Shown one piece after another: positions 1-9,424 of a DNA stretch of 42,056 nt. How positions within the stretch are numbered: the stretch's first letter is position 1; each line of letters begins with the position of its first letter. Both the position numbers and the translations under genes were made by a program. The notes below the pieces were generated by a model that saw only the letters and a list, made by a program, of their open reading frames with translations, was not told the DNA's origin and did no database searches. This DNA is from an uncultured Candidatus Saccharibacteria bacterium (GTDB lineage: Bacteria; Patescibacteriota; Minisyncoccia; UBA6257; 02-FULL-45-10c), in assembly GCA_964355085.1 (NCBI GenBank), contig CAYHBW010000003.1, forward strand, positions 1 to 42,056, in the 5' to 3' direction.

Positions 1-1635
1 GCGGAAGTTCGTGAGCTGTTTCATTTTGCAGACATTCAAAACGAGATCTTCCGCTTTGGCGTTCTGTCCGACAACTTGGCCTTCATAAACTTTGATTGCG
101 GGTCCGATGAACATTTCACCGCGCTCCTGGGCTGTCAGAAGAGCATAGGCGGTGCTGGTTCCGGTTTCATGCGCGATGAGAGATCCGTGCGGATTTGTTT
201 GTATATCTTCCCATTTCGGATGATATCCGGCGAAAAGAGTGTTGATGATACCGTTGCCTTTGGTGTCGATGAGGAATTCATTACGAAAACCTATGAGTCC
301 GCGGGTCGGAATGAAGAAATGGAAGAAGGCGATGCCGTTTTCGACATTCATATTTTTCATTTCTCCTTTGCGGCGGCTCATCTTTTCGATGACAGTTCCG
401 GAGTATTGTTCCGGCGCTTCCATCCAGACATCTTCCGCCGGCTCCATCGTCTTGCCGTTTTCTTCTTTCATGATGACTTCCGGCTTGGAAACTTGGAGCT
501 CGTATCCTTCGCGGCGCATTTTCTCTATCAAAATACCCAAGTGAAGTTCTCCGCGTCCGTTGACGATGAATTCGTCCGGAGATTTTCCCGGAAGAACCTG
601 AAGAGCGACGTCGTTGTCGATCTCTTTCTCAAGGCGCTCTTTGAGGTTGCGGGAGGTGCAATACTGGCCTTCCTGTCCGGCGAAAGGGGAGTTATTCACG
701 CTGAAGATCATTTTCACGGTCGGTTTTTCGATATTGATCGGCGGGAGGGCGACCGGATTGGCGGCGTCGGCTATGGTGTCTCCGATATTTATATTGTCCA
801 CGCCTGCGATTGCTATGATGTCTCCGGCTTCCGCTTCCTGAACTTCAACCCTGGACAGGCCGAGAAACGTCATAAGCGCGGCGACTTTTGTATTCTTGGT
901 CGTTCCTTCACGGCTGATGTGGGCGATGGCTTGCGAGGATTTTATTTTGCCCTGGTGGATTCTGCCGATGCCGATCTTGCCCTTATAATTGTCATAATTG
1001 ATCGAAGTGACCATCATCTGAAACGGACCTTCGGAATTTATTTTCGGTTCCGGAACATATTTGAGGACGGTTTCAAAAACTGGCTTGATGTCGGTCATTT
1101 TTTCCAGTTCCGGAGTCAGTCCCGCCAATCCGAGCTTTGAAGCGGAATAGATGATAGGGAAGTTAAGCTGTTCGTTGTTCGCGCCAAGTTCGATGAAAAG
1201 CTCGATGACTTTTTCAAGGACATAATTCACGCGGGCATTTTTCTTATCGATCTTATTTATGACCAGAACAATCTTGTGTCCCATGGACAGAGCTTTCTTC
1301 AAGACGAATCTGGTCTGGGGCATAGGACCTTCCTGTGCATCGACTAAAAGAAGCGCTCCGTCAGCCATATTCAAAACACGCTCAACTTCACCGCCGAAGT
1401 CGGCATGGCCCGGAGTGTCGATGATGTTTATTTTCGTATCACCATACATGACAGCGGCATTTTTGGAGAAAATGGTGATTCCGCGCTCTCTTTCGATTTC
1501 GTTGGAATCCATGATCATATCCTGGTCGCCAAGTTTGCCGAGATCAGTATCGGATTGTTTCATCATGGTATCCACGAGCGTGGATTTGCCGTGGTCTACG
1601 TGAGCGATGATGGCTATATTGCGTACCTTCTGCAT
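1..1635 (-). CDS. typA: Translational GTPase TypA/BipA (3' end runs off the window)
   Basis: Manual translation from ATG at 1635: MQKVRNIAIIAHVDHGKSTLVD (G1 motif); near the window edge AYALLTAQERGEMFIGPAIKVYEGQVVG...NVCKMKQLTNFR, typical of the TypA C-terminus. Absent from the ORF track because it has no stop in the window. Confidence 0.97.
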   Translation of the reverse strand, partial: MQKVRNIAIIAHVDHGKSTLVDTMMKQSDTDLGKLGDQDMIMDSNEIERERGITIFSKNAAVMYGDTKINIIDTPGHADFGGEVERVLNMADGALLLVDAQEGPMPQTRFVLKKALSMGHKIVLVINKIDKKNARVNYVLEKVIELFIELGANNEQLNFPIIYSASKLGLAGLTPELEKMTDIKPVFETVLKYVPEPKINSEGPFQMMVTSINYDNYKGKIGIGRIHQGKIKSSQAIAHISREGTTKNTKVAALMTFLGLSRVEVQEAEAGDIIAIAGVDNINIGDTIADAANPVALPPINIEKPTVKMIFSVNNSPFAGQEGQYCTSRNLKERLEKEIDNDVALQVLPGKSPDEFIVNGRGELHLGILIEKMRREGYELQVSKPEVIMKEENGKTMEPAEDVWMEAPEQYSGTVIEKMSRRKGEMKNMNVENGIAFFHFFIPTRGLIGFRNEFLIDTKGNGIINTLFAGYHPKWEDIQTNPHGSLIAHETGTSTAYALLTAQERGEMFIGPAIKVYEGQVVGQNAKAEDLVLNVCKMKQLTNFR

Positions 1636-1704
1636 AGTGTTAAATTATATACTAAAATTTTAAATAAGTCCATTTTAAAAAGTTATGGGCGCCCATTTTG
1701 TATT

Positions 1705-2001
1705 TCAGGTCAGCGTTGTTCCGGCCGGGATGTTTTCCGGGACCTGAAGTTCCTTGATCAGCTTTACGAGCGGCGCCATTTCTCCGGCCGAACCCTCGTA
1801 GATGCGGTATTCCATCCGCTCCTGATTCCGGTCGTATTGCTGAAGAACGATCTGCGTTCCGCCGACTTTCTTCAGCTTCAGGCCGAGAGAGATATCGAGG
1901 CCGATGAAATCCAGCGCGTTTACGCGACTGAACTCATAGCGTTCGATCTCCGCCGTCCGGTCCGTCTCTCCGATCTGCATTGCGATGATCCTGACGATCA
2001 T
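1705..2001 (-). CDS. Hypothetical protein (98 aa)
   Basis: AAGGAGG SD upstream of the ATG; own TTGACT-17-TATACT promoter. Confidence 0.75.
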   Translation of the reverse strand: MIVRIIAMQIGETDRTAEIERYEFSRVNALDFIGLDISLGLKLKKVGGTQIVLQQYDRNQERMEYRIYEGSAGEMAPLVKLIKELQVPENIPAGTTLT

Positions 2002-2068
2002 GGGTGTCCTCCTTGCGCGATTTGTTCAATTCGGAAAGCTTTGCTGATTCACAGGCATTACTTTTATT

Positions 2069-2097
2069 AGTATACAATATTTTAAGATAAAAGTCAA
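2069..2097 (-). promoter_or_regulatory. Sigma70-type promoter TTGACT-N17-TATACT
   Basis: Near-consensus hexamers with a 17-bp spacer. Confidence 0.7.
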
Positions 2098-2099
2098 AT

Positions 2100-2149
2100 A
2101 AAACAGAAACCCCGTCCGCCTTCGCCATTTGACGAATTGCGGACGGGGT
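2100..2149 (-). terminator. Intrinsic terminator
   Basis: ACCCCGTCCGC/GCGGACGGGGT stem followed by a T-rich tract on the minus strand. Confidence 0.75.
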
Positions 2150-2439
2150 CAGCGGAACATGGATAGAGACACGGTTTCATCCTTTTGGATGTCGCTAATC
2201 TCTCCGCGTGTTCCGTGAATCATGAAGGCATAGATCGTTTTTCCGCCGGATTCGTATCTGATCAGCGCGATCAGGTGGCGGAATTCATTATCGCCGATGA
2301 AGGTGATTCCGTACCCGTCTTTCAGAGCGCCATGGATTTCTTCCAATGCTTCGGGGAATTTGCAGAATTTTCCCTTGACGCATCTGCTGTCCCATTTTTT
2401 CGGACTGACTTCCGATGTTTCCGTCCAGATCAGGCGCAT
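2149..2439 (-). CDS. Hypothetical protein (96 aa)
   Basis: AAGGAG SD, TTGCGC-17-TATATT promoter, terminator directly after the stop. Confidence 0.75.
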   Translation of the reverse strand: MRLIWTETSEVSPKKWDSRCVKGKFCKFPEALEEIHGALKDGYGITFIGDNEFRHLIALIRYESGGKTIYAFMIHGTRGEISDIQKDETVSLSMFR

Positions 2440-2500
2440 CAGGACTCCTTATTTCAGCAGCTGATCAAAATATAGCGCTTCAGATGCCGGGGCGCAAGAT

Positions 2501-3604
2501 TCAGGACTGAAGATTTTCAATTACGGCCACTTCCAATGGAACGACGGCAAATGGCGAGTAGCGCATTTCGCTGTGGGCGCGTATAAGGGATTTCAGCAGA
2601 ACGATCGTTTTCTTTTCCTGCGCCAGGACTGCGTGATTTTTCAGATGAGCGAGTTCGTCTTTCGTGATTTCCTTTTCGTAAAGACCGGCGAGGTCGGGAT
2701 TCATTTTAAGCGTGATGACGCGGCGGAGATAATGGATCAGGTCTTTATTGAATTGAACCATGTTGTATCCGGCCTGATCGATTTCGTGGAGATAGGAGAG
2801 CGCTTCTTTAAGCGCTCCTTTCAGGAGATGTTCCGCAAGCTGGACGGTTTTCTTATATCCGATTTTACCGGCAATGCGTTCGACATCCTTAAGTTCGACA
2901 TCCTGATCAAGGGAAGTTATCTGTCCGAGAAGGGATTCTGCATCGCGGAGACTTCCTTCAGCGAGCGCGGCTATCAGCTCGAGAGCATCGCCGGTAATCC
3001 TGAATTTTTCGTTTTTTACGATTGAACCGAGTTTTTTCATTATTTCGTCCAGAGTCAGTTTCCGGAAATGGAATTTCTGCGTCCGGGAAGAGATCGTCGC
3101 CGGAACTTTTTCGTATTCAGTCGTGGCCAGGATGAAAATTGCGTGCGCCGGAGGTTCCTCCAGTGTTTTCAGAAGCGCATTGAAAGCTTCGCGCGTAAGC
3201 ATGTGCACTTCATCTATTATGAAAACTTTGTATTTATAGGAGGTCGGAGAGAGGCGGACGCCTTCCTGAAGATTCCGTATTTCATCTATACCGCGGTTTG
3301 ATGCGGCGTCGATTTCAATCACGTCCAGGGCCCGGCCGGAGTCTATTTCAGCGCACGGGCGGCATTCATTGCACGGCTCGCCCTTGTCATTGAATTTTTT
3401 GTCTTTCTGCCTCGTCTCGCAGTTTGCAAGTTTGGCTATGAGGCGGGCGGTTGTGGTTTTGCCAGATCCGCGGGAGCCATAAAAAAGATACGCATGCGCG
3501 AATCTATCCTGTCGGGCGGCGTTGCGGAGAATCTCTACTATATGTTCCTGGCCTAGCAGATCTTCAAAAGTTTTTGGACGGTATTTGCGGTAGATGGCTA
3601 TCAT
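2501..3604 (-). CDS. dnaX: DNA polymerase III subunit gamma/tau (short, 367 aa)
   Basis: YRKYRP, Walker A GSRGSGKTT, Cys zinc site, EIDAASNRG, DEVHML, LKTLEEPP. Confidence 0.97.
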   Translation of the reverse strand: MIAIYRKYRPKTFEDLLGQEHIVEILRNAARQDRFAHAYLFYGSRGSGKTTTARLIAKLANCETRQKDKKFNDKGEPCNECRPCAEIDSGRALDVIEIDAASNRGIDEIRNLQEGVRLSPTSYKYKVFIIDEVHMLTREAFNALLKTLEEPPAHAIFILATTEYEKVPATISSRTQKFHFRKLTLDEIMKKLGSIVKNEKFRITGDALELIAALAEGSLRDAESLLGQITSLDQDVELKDVERIAGKIGYKKTVQLAEHLLKGALKEALSYLHEIDQAGYNMVQFNKDLIHYLRRVITLKMNPDLAGLYEKEITKDELAHLKNHAVLAQEKKTIVLLKSLIRAHSEMRYSPFAVVPLEVAVIENLQS

Positions 3605-3667
3605 ATATCCAAAGTATAAAGTTAAAAGTATAAAGTGGAAAGTCGAAGAGTGGAATCTTTGTTGATA

Positions 3668-3698
3668 AAAAAATACCGCCAGATATTATCTGGCGGGT
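3668..3698 (-). terminator. Intrinsic terminator closing the non-coding transcript upstream of dnaX
   Basis: CCGCCAGATA/TATCTGGCGG stem plus T7 on the minus strand. Confidence 0.8.
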
Positions 3699-3841
3699 TG
3701 CTGTCCGGTTCTTGCGCGCCATAAGCGGGACGGAGCATTAGGACTCCGTAGTTGATGCCTGTATACAGGATCATCCCGCTTATGCCGCGCAAGCTTAAGC
3801 GTGTCCGCCGAGTTAAAATATTTCCATGTCTATGGAACCAG

Positions 3842-3916
3842 CGCGTAGAGCTGGATTCGAACACAGCGTCCTTCCGAGTTTGGACCTCGGTGCTCTGCCC
3901 ATTGAGCTATCTACGC
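3842..3916 (-). tRNA. Aberrant tRNA-Trp(CCA)-like cloverleaf
   Basis: GCGTAGA/TCTACGC acceptor, GCTC/GAGC D-stem, CCGAG/CTCGG anticodon stem with loop GT-CCA-AA, TTCGAAT T-loop, G discriminator; atypical G32, bulged T in the T-stem, no encoded CCA end. Confidence 0.55.
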
Positions 3917-3950
3917 GCAAGTTCCACAGACTTAAAGGTACGTAGAAGAT

Positions 3951-3979
3951 ATACTATCTCAAATTTTTATACTTGTCAA
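3951..3979 (-). promoter_or_regulatory. Sigma70 promoter TTGACA-N17-TAGTAT
   Basis: Perfect -35 and 17-bp spacer. Confidence 0.8.
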
Positions 3980-4045
3980 TGTTATTCAAATTTTTATTCA
4001 CAAAATATGTTGAATTAAGGTTCAATTAAGGTTAAAATTATTGGG

Positions 4046-5263
4046 ATGAAGCGCTTTGCCCAACTACTTATTTTCGTAGTCGCCGGATCCGGACTTTTTT
4101 TGTTTTTTCAGACGAAAAACGATGTCCGTATAATCCAGCTCGCGCAGACCTCGGATACTGAAGTGGAAAAGCCGGTCATTAAGGAAAAAGCTCCGAATGA
4201 TCATGACGATATCGCTCCTCAAAAAAAGCTTGATAATCCGCCGGAGGTGATCAAGGCGGCTTATGCGACCGGCTGGACTGCCGGCGGAGTCCAGGGATTG
4301 AACCGGATGATCGAGCTTATAAAAAACACAGAACTGAACGCGATAGTGGTGGATATAAAAGATTACTCCGGCGAATTGAGCTATAGGACTGATATTCCGC
4401 AGGTGGAGGAGTATTCAGGAAACCGCGAGCTGAAAATTCTCCGACCGAACGCGATGATAAAAAAACTTCATGACAATGGAATCTATGTCATAGCCAGACA
4501 GACGATTTTCCAGGATCCGGTTCTGGCTTTAGCGCGTCCTGATCTCGCGTTGATGAGTTCCACGACCGGAAAGCAATGGAGGGATAATCTGAAGGTCATG
4601 TGGATGGATCCGGCCGGGAAAGAAACCTGGGATTACAATATCCTGATTGCGAAAGACGCATTGGCGCGGGGTTTTGACGAAGTGAATTTCGATTACATCC
4701 GTTTCGCTTCCGACGGGAATCTGAACGACATCAAATATCCGTTTTGGGACGAAAAAACTCTCAAGCGTTACGTCATCCGGGATTTCTGGAAATATCTCCG
4801 CCAATCCCTGCCGGATGCGAAAATTTCCGCCGACCTTTTCGGACTGGTGACTTTGAATTATGGGGATGTCGGGATCGGCCAGAATATCGATGACGCTTTC
4901 CATTATTTCGACGCCATCGCGCCGATGGTCTACCCGTCTCATTATCAGAAGGGATTTGACGGATATTCGAACCCGGCTGTGCATCCTTACGAGATCGTCT
5001 ATCGTTCCATGTCGGAGGCGAATGAAAGACTGCGCCATTATATGATCAATGCGGCCAATTCCACTTCGACCGAATATTATCTGGTGAAAAAACCACAGCT
5101 TCGTCCCTGGCTTCAGGATTTCGATCTCGGCGCGACGTATACGGCCGATATGGTCCGGGCGCAAATGAGCGCAACTTACGCGGCTGCCACCGGCACGCCG
5201 GCCGGATGGATGATTTGGGATCCGAGCAATAAATATACGAAAGGAGCGCTGTTGGCGGAATAA
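4046..5263 (+). CDS. Membrane-anchored putative glycoside hydrolase (DUF4015-like TIM barrel)
   Basis: N-terminal TM; TELNAIVVDIKD, GFDEVNFDYIRF, PMVYPSHY, RPWLQDF motifs. Confidence 0.85.
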   Translation: MKRFAQLLIFVVAGSGLFLFFQTKNDVRIIQLAQTSDTEVEKPVIKEKAPNDHDDIAPQKKLDNPPEVIKAAYATGWTAGGVQGLNRMIELIKNTELNAIVVDIKDYSGELSYRTDIPQVEEYSGNRELKILRPNAMIKKLHDNGIYVIARQTIFQDPVLALARPDLALMSSTTGKQWRDNLKVMWMDPAGKETWDYNILIAKDALARGFDEVNFDYIRFASDGNLNDIKYPFWDEKTLKRYVIRDFWKYLRQSLPDAKISADLFGLVTLNYGDVGIGQNIDDAFHYFDAIAPMVYPSHYQKGFDGYSNPAVHPYEIVYRSMSEANERLRHYMINAANSTSTEYYLVKKPQLRPWLQDFDLGATYTADMVRAQMSATYAAATGTPAGWMIWDPSNKYTKGALLAE

Positions 5264-5272
5264 TAAATAACG

Positions 5273-5353
5273 TAGAACCGAGAAACGGAAGAACTAAGGA
5301 ACTTAAGAACGAAGAAACGGAAGAACTGAATAACCAAGAAACCAAATAACTAA
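5273..5353. repeat. Degenerate ~8-bp tandem repeats (AGAAACGG/AAGAACTA-like) just upstream of scpA
   Basis: Direct reading of the intergenic sequence. Confidence 0.7.
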
Positions 5354-5354
5354 C

Positions 5355-6107
5355 ATGAGTAATTACGAAGTAAAACTTGATAAATTTTCCGGGCCGTTGG
5401 AAAAACTCCTGGAAATGATAGAGGAGCGGGAGCTGGAAGTCACCATGGTCAGTCTGGCGCAGATCACCGGAGATTTTCTGGAATATCTCAAGACGCTGGA
5501 TGAATCCTCGAAGCATCCGAGTGTGCTGGCGGATTTTGTCGTGGTGGCATCGCGCCTTCTGCTTATAAAATCAAAAGCCATTCTTCCGTCTTTGGAACTT
5601 ACTGAAGAAGAAGAAACCGACATAAAGGATCTGGAGCAGCGCCTGCGCATTTACAAGGAATTCAAAACGGCGAGCGAGCTTATGAAAAAAACCTGGGAAA
5701 ACCGCCGGCCGGTTTATGGCCGGGAACTTTTTTCCAATCTTCCAGTAGTGTTTTATCCGTCTTCGAATCTAAAAGTCGGTTCATTGCTGGAAAAATTAAA
5801 CGGACTTCTCCATGAGCTCGCCGCTTTGATCCCGGATAAGCAGATGGTGAAAAAAGTCATGATGACTTTGGAAATGAAAGTGAAGGAGCTTCTCGGGAGA
5901 CTGAAAGAACAGGCGCAACACAGCTTTCGTGATCTTTCCCAGGACAAGCCGAAAATCGAGATAATCATGATTTTTCTTGCGGTCCTGCATCTTCTGCGCG
6001 AGCGGCTTATCAGCGCAGAGCAGGGGGAGCAGTTTTCCGATATTTCCATAACCTCCGGCAATCCGCATTTTACCGCCGACGAAAAACCTATTTTAAGCAG
6101 CGAATAA
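5355..6107 (+). CDS. scpA: Segregation and condensation protein A
   Basis: FSGPLEKLL, ASRLLLIKSKAILP, FLAVLHL; adjacent to scpB. Confidence 0.93.
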   Translation: MSNYEVKLDKFSGPLEKLLEMIEERELEVTMVSLAQITGDFLEYLKTLDESSKHPSVLADFVVVASRLLLIKSKAILPSLELTEEEETDIKDLEQRLRIYKEFKTASELMKKTWENRRPVYGRELFSNLPVVFYPSSNLKVGSLLEKLNGLLHELAALIPDKQMVKKVMMTLEMKVKELLGRLKEQAQHSFRDLSQDKPKIEIIMIFLAVLHLLRERLISAEQGEQFSDISITSGNPHFTADEKPILSSE

Positions 6108-6186
6108 TGAATTTGGAAAAGGAATTATGGTAAAATATAGGATAACTTTATTAGCTGTTCACAGTGCATGATTCCGCTTCAATAAC

Positions 6187-6867
6187 ATGGATAATTCAGC
6201 AAAAACTACCGGATTGATTTCAAAGCTTGAGGCGCTGCTGTTTATTTACGGAGAACCGCTTGAGCCGAAGAAGCTGGCAAAAATCCTCGGAGTGAAGGAG
6301 TCCGAAGTTTCAGCCGGGCTGGATCTTTTGAAAAACGAACTTGGCCGCGATGAGCGGGGTCTTGTCCTGATGGAAGACAAAGAAAAAATCCAGCTTGTCA
6401 CAAAGCCGGAATTTTCCAAGCTGCTTGAAGATATCACCAAGCAGGAATTCACGGAATCTTTGACTCCGGCCGCTCTGGAAACCCTTTCAATTATCGCTTA
6501 TGCCGGTCCGATTTCCCGGGCCGATATAGAATATATCCGCGGGGTAAATTCAAGTTTCATAGTGCGGGCGCTTCTCATGAGGGGTCTTGTGGACAGAAGC
6601 GTCGACCCTAAAAGATCCAATACCTATCTGTACAGCACGAGTTTTGAATTGCTCCGCCATCTCGGTCTGACGAAGAACTCCGATCTTCCTGATTATTCGA
6701 AATATAAGGAGCTTGTCGCCCATATGCACGAGGAGCTTCAGCAAAAGGACGCGGCGCAGCAAAATCCTCTGGTTCCGGCCGATGCGACCGTTCCTGAATC
6801 TCAACCGGAAGCCCCGGTCTTGCCTGAAAATCCTGACGCTAAAGAGAAAGATCCGGAAACAGGATAA
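6187..6867 (+). CDS. scpB: Segregation and condensation protein B
   Basis: LEALLF, AALETLSIIAY.GPISRADIEYIRGVNS. Confidence 0.95.
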   Translation: MDNSAKTTGLISKLEALLFIYGEPLEPKKLAKILGVKESEVSAGLDLLKNELGRDERGLVLMEDKEKIQLVTKPEFSKLLEDITKQEFTESLTPAALETLSIIAYAGPISRADIEYIRGVNSSFIVRALLMRGLVDRSVDPKRSNTYLYSTSFELLRHLGLTKNSDLPDYSKYKELVAHMHEELQQKDAAQQNPLVPADATVPESQPEAPVLPENPDAKEKDPETG

Positions 6868-6876
6868 AAATAAAAA

Positions 6877-7830
6877 ATGAACGAAAACAACAATCTGAAA
6901 ATTTTATTCGCTCTGATGATGACGATTCTGCTTGTTTCAGCCGGCGGTGAAATCCGCGGGGAAAATAAACCGGCCGCGGTTGACGATTTTTCCGAATCCG
7001 GAAATCTTCCGAAAAAATTCGCCTTGGCGAATCCGCTCGGATTTTTCAATCCCGAGCCGGCGGAGAAATTTCCGGTCCGGAGCGATTGGACGTTGCTCGA
7101 TCCGGATCTGAAGGCGAAGGCGGCGGTTGCGAAAGATCTTGATTCAGGCGTTGATATGTACCGTTCCAATACCGCCGAGAGATGGGCATTGGCATCGCTG
7201 ACAAAACTGATGAGCGCCGTAGTCGCTTCCGAGGAACTCGGAACGGACAGCAGCATTGTGATTTCCGAAAAAGCCATGTCTACCGAAGGCGTATCGGGAA
7301 ATTTCAGGGTAAACGAGGTTTACTCGTCCGGAGATCTCATTAAGGCGATGTTGGTGGTTTCCAGCAACCGCGCCGCGATGGCGATAGCGGATTCTATCGG
7401 AGTTCTGCAGTTCGTCGATAAGATGCAGATGAAAGCTAATTCATTGGGTATGGAAAATACCGCTTTTGCCGAGCCGACAGGATTGTCTTTCATGAATCAG
7501 GGGACTGTCGAGGATCTGGAAAAATTAGTAAGATACATCTATGTCCGCCATCCGGAACTGCTTGAGATCAGCAGGCGTGAATCTGTACGTTTGAAGGAGC
7601 TTATCCGCGGGGAAGAGAGGGAAATCCTCAACATCAACGCATTCGCGCATTCCAGGCAGGATTTTTTCGGCGGGAAAACCGGTTATACCGATCAGGCCGG
7701 GGGGAACCTCATAACCATACTTGAACATGAGGGGCGCAGAATTTTATACATAGTGCTTGGGACTGACGATCGTTTCGGGCAGACGGAATTATTAAGCGGT
7801 TGGACATTCAGGGCGTTCAATTTCAAGTAG
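6877..7830 (+). CDS. D-alanyl-D-alanine carboxypeptidase (peptidase S11)
   Basis: SxxK (ASLTK), SSN and GKTG motifs; signal/TM N-terminus. Confidence 0.92.
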   Translation: MNENNNLKILFALMMTILLVSAGGEIRGENKPAAVDDFSESGNLPKKFALANPLGFFNPEPAEKFPVRSDWTLLDPDLKAKAAVAKDLDSGVDMYRSNTAERWALASLTKLMSAVVASEELGTDSSIVISEKAMSTEGVSGNFRVNEVYSSGDLIKAMLVVSSNRAAMAIADSIGVLQFVDKMQMKANSLGMENTAFAEPTGLSFMNQGTVEDLEKLVRYIYVRHPELLEISRRESVRLKELIRGEEREILNINAFAHSRQDFFGGKTGYTDQAGGNLITILEHEGRRILYIVLGTDDRFGQTELLSGWTFRAFNFK

Positions 7831-7888
7831 TCGGGGAGTTCTAAAGTCGAAAGTCAATAAAGTCAAAATTCCTTATTAATATACAAAA

Positions 7889-8953
7889 ATGAACGTTCTG
7901 GAAGCGGCAAGGGTATTGGGTCTGTCAGCGGCATCGTTCTTATTGGCGCTCACGTTGACGCCGGCAGTGGTCAAGCTCTTACGGCATTTTCATTTCAATA
8001 AACAGATACGGAGCAAGGAGCAGGCGCCCGTTTTTTATGAGCTCCATAAGGGAAAGGAGAATACTCCGACGATGGGCGGCATAGTCATCTGGGCGACGGT
8101 TTTTCTCCTTGCTTTGTTCCTATGGCTGATGGGAGTATTTTTTGAAACTGCGTCGGATGGCGGGCAAGGATTCTGGAGTTATCTGAATTTCGTGGATCGC
8201 GCCCAGACCTATCTTCCTTTGGCTGCGATGTTCGTTGCGGCGGCGCTCGGTCTTGTAGACGACCTGATGGGGGTTTTCCGCGTCGGGACAAACGGCGGAG
8301 GACTTAAAGTTTCCCAGAAAATAATAATGTATCTTTCCTTGGCGATTATCGGAGGGCTTTGGTTTTATTACCGCCTGGATTGGAATGTGCTTTATATCCC
8401 GTTTTTCGGGAATATCGATATCGGCTGGTGGTATGTTCCATTTTTCGTTTTCATCATCGTAGCCAGCGCATTTTCCGCGAATGAAACAGACGGATTGGAC
8501 GGATTACTCGGCGGAGTGTCTCTTTTTTCTTTCGGCGCGCTGACAGTCGTGGCTTTTTCAATCGGGCGATATGACTTGGCCACGTTCAGCGGCGTGACAA
8601 TAGGAGCCCTACTGGCCTTTCTCTGGTTCAATATTTATCCGGCCAGATTTTTCATGGGGGATACCGGATCAATGGCCTTGGGAATAACCATGGGCATGAT
8701 CGCCATGCTTACGAACACTGCGATTTTTCTTCCGTTTTTCGCGATGATTCCGGTAATCGAATCTCTTTCCGTAATTGTTCAGCTGACCAGTAAAAAACTG
8801 CGCGGGAAAAAAATATTTATTTCCACTCCGATCCACCATCATTTTGAAGCGATCGGCTGGCCGGAAACAAAGGTGACGATGCGTTTCTGGATAATTTCTT
8901 CGGTTTTCAGCGCTCTCGGACTGGCCTTCTTTTTCATAAGCAGATATATTTAG
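7889..8953 (+). CDS. mraY: Phospho-N-acetylmuramoyl-pentapeptide transferase
   Basis: TPTMGG, DGLDGL, FMGDTGS, PIHHHFE; multiple TM segments. Confidence 0.97.
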   Translation: MNVLEAARVLGLSAASFLLALTLTPAVVKLLRHFHFNKQIRSKEQAPVFYELHKGKENTPTMGGIVIWATVFLLALFLWLMGVFFETASDGGQGFWSYLNFVDRAQTYLPLAAMFVAAALGLVDDLMGVFRVGTNGGGLKVSQKIIMYLSLAIIGGLWFYYRLDWNVLYIPFFGNIDIGWWYVPFFVFIIVASAFSANETDGLDGLLGGVSLFSFGALTVVAFSIGRYDLATFSGVTIGALLAFLWFNIYPARFFMGDTGSMALGITMGMIAMLTNTAIFLPFFAMIPVIESLSVIVQLTSKKLRGKKIFISTPIHHHFEAIGWPETKVTMRFWIISSVFSALGLAFFFISRYI

Positions 8954-8987
8954 AAGAAAAATCACCTTAACAGGTGATTTCAATTAT

Positions 8988-9290
8988 TTACTCGTTGCAG
9001 GATATCGATCTTGTACAGTAACCGTTATTCACGCAATCCGCTACATTTCCGAAGCATTGCGGGTTCGGCGGTTTTGCGGCCGACAGCCGGCCGGAAGGAG
9101 AGAGCCAGAATCCTCCCCGGTTTTCCAAGCTTATGAGCGCGTGAAAACGGTATTTTCCGGCTTGCCTATGCGGAACAATCCGCAGATTCGGATACTTTTT
9201 CCGAAGTCCGAGGATCTTTTTTTGCTGGGCTTTATTCGCGTATTTGTTCCTTTTTGCCTGATGGATCTGCGTCCTGTTTTTTCCGGACAT
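8988..9290 (-). CDS. Hypothetical basic protein with a C-terminal 4-Cys motif
   Basis: AAGGAGG SD; ends at the hairpin near 8958-8981 shared with mraY. Confidence 0.6.
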   Translation of the reverse strand: MSGKNRTQIHQAKRNKYANKAQQKKILGLRKKYPNLRIVPHRQAGKYRFHALISLENRGGFWLSPSGRLSAAKPPNPQCFGNVADCVNNGYCTRSISCNE

Positions 9291-9358
9291 ATTTCCTCCT
9301 TTAGTTCTGATGTGATTTTAATACGGATTCCGTCGGATTTCAAATCACCCCCGTTATA

Positions 9359-9387
9359 TTGACTTTTTACTGCTTATATTGTAATAT
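9359..9387 (+). promoter_or_regulatory. Sigma70 promoter TTGACT-N17-TAATAT
   Basis: Near-consensus, upstream of sppA. Confidence 0.7.
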
Positions 9388-9424
9388 ATCTAACAGTACA
9401 CTTCGCAAACAAGAGAGGTAGAAG

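Larger units (their letters stand above)
3668..3944 (-). ncRNA. Putative ~275-nt structured RNA with two long-stem domains, one containing a tRNA-like cloverleaf
   Basis: Promoter at 3951-3979, terminator at 3668-3698, 20-bp stem 3711-3730/3774-3793 (1 mismatch), extended stem around the tRNA-like domain. Confidence 0.6.

Noticed and set aside
76-2070. Long plus-strand ORFs 76-1140 and 1405-2070
   Set aside because: Antisense shadows of typA
3668-3944. SRP RNA (often located upstream of dnaX)
   Set aside because: No recognisable helix-8 CAGG-N-GNRA-AGCAG motif
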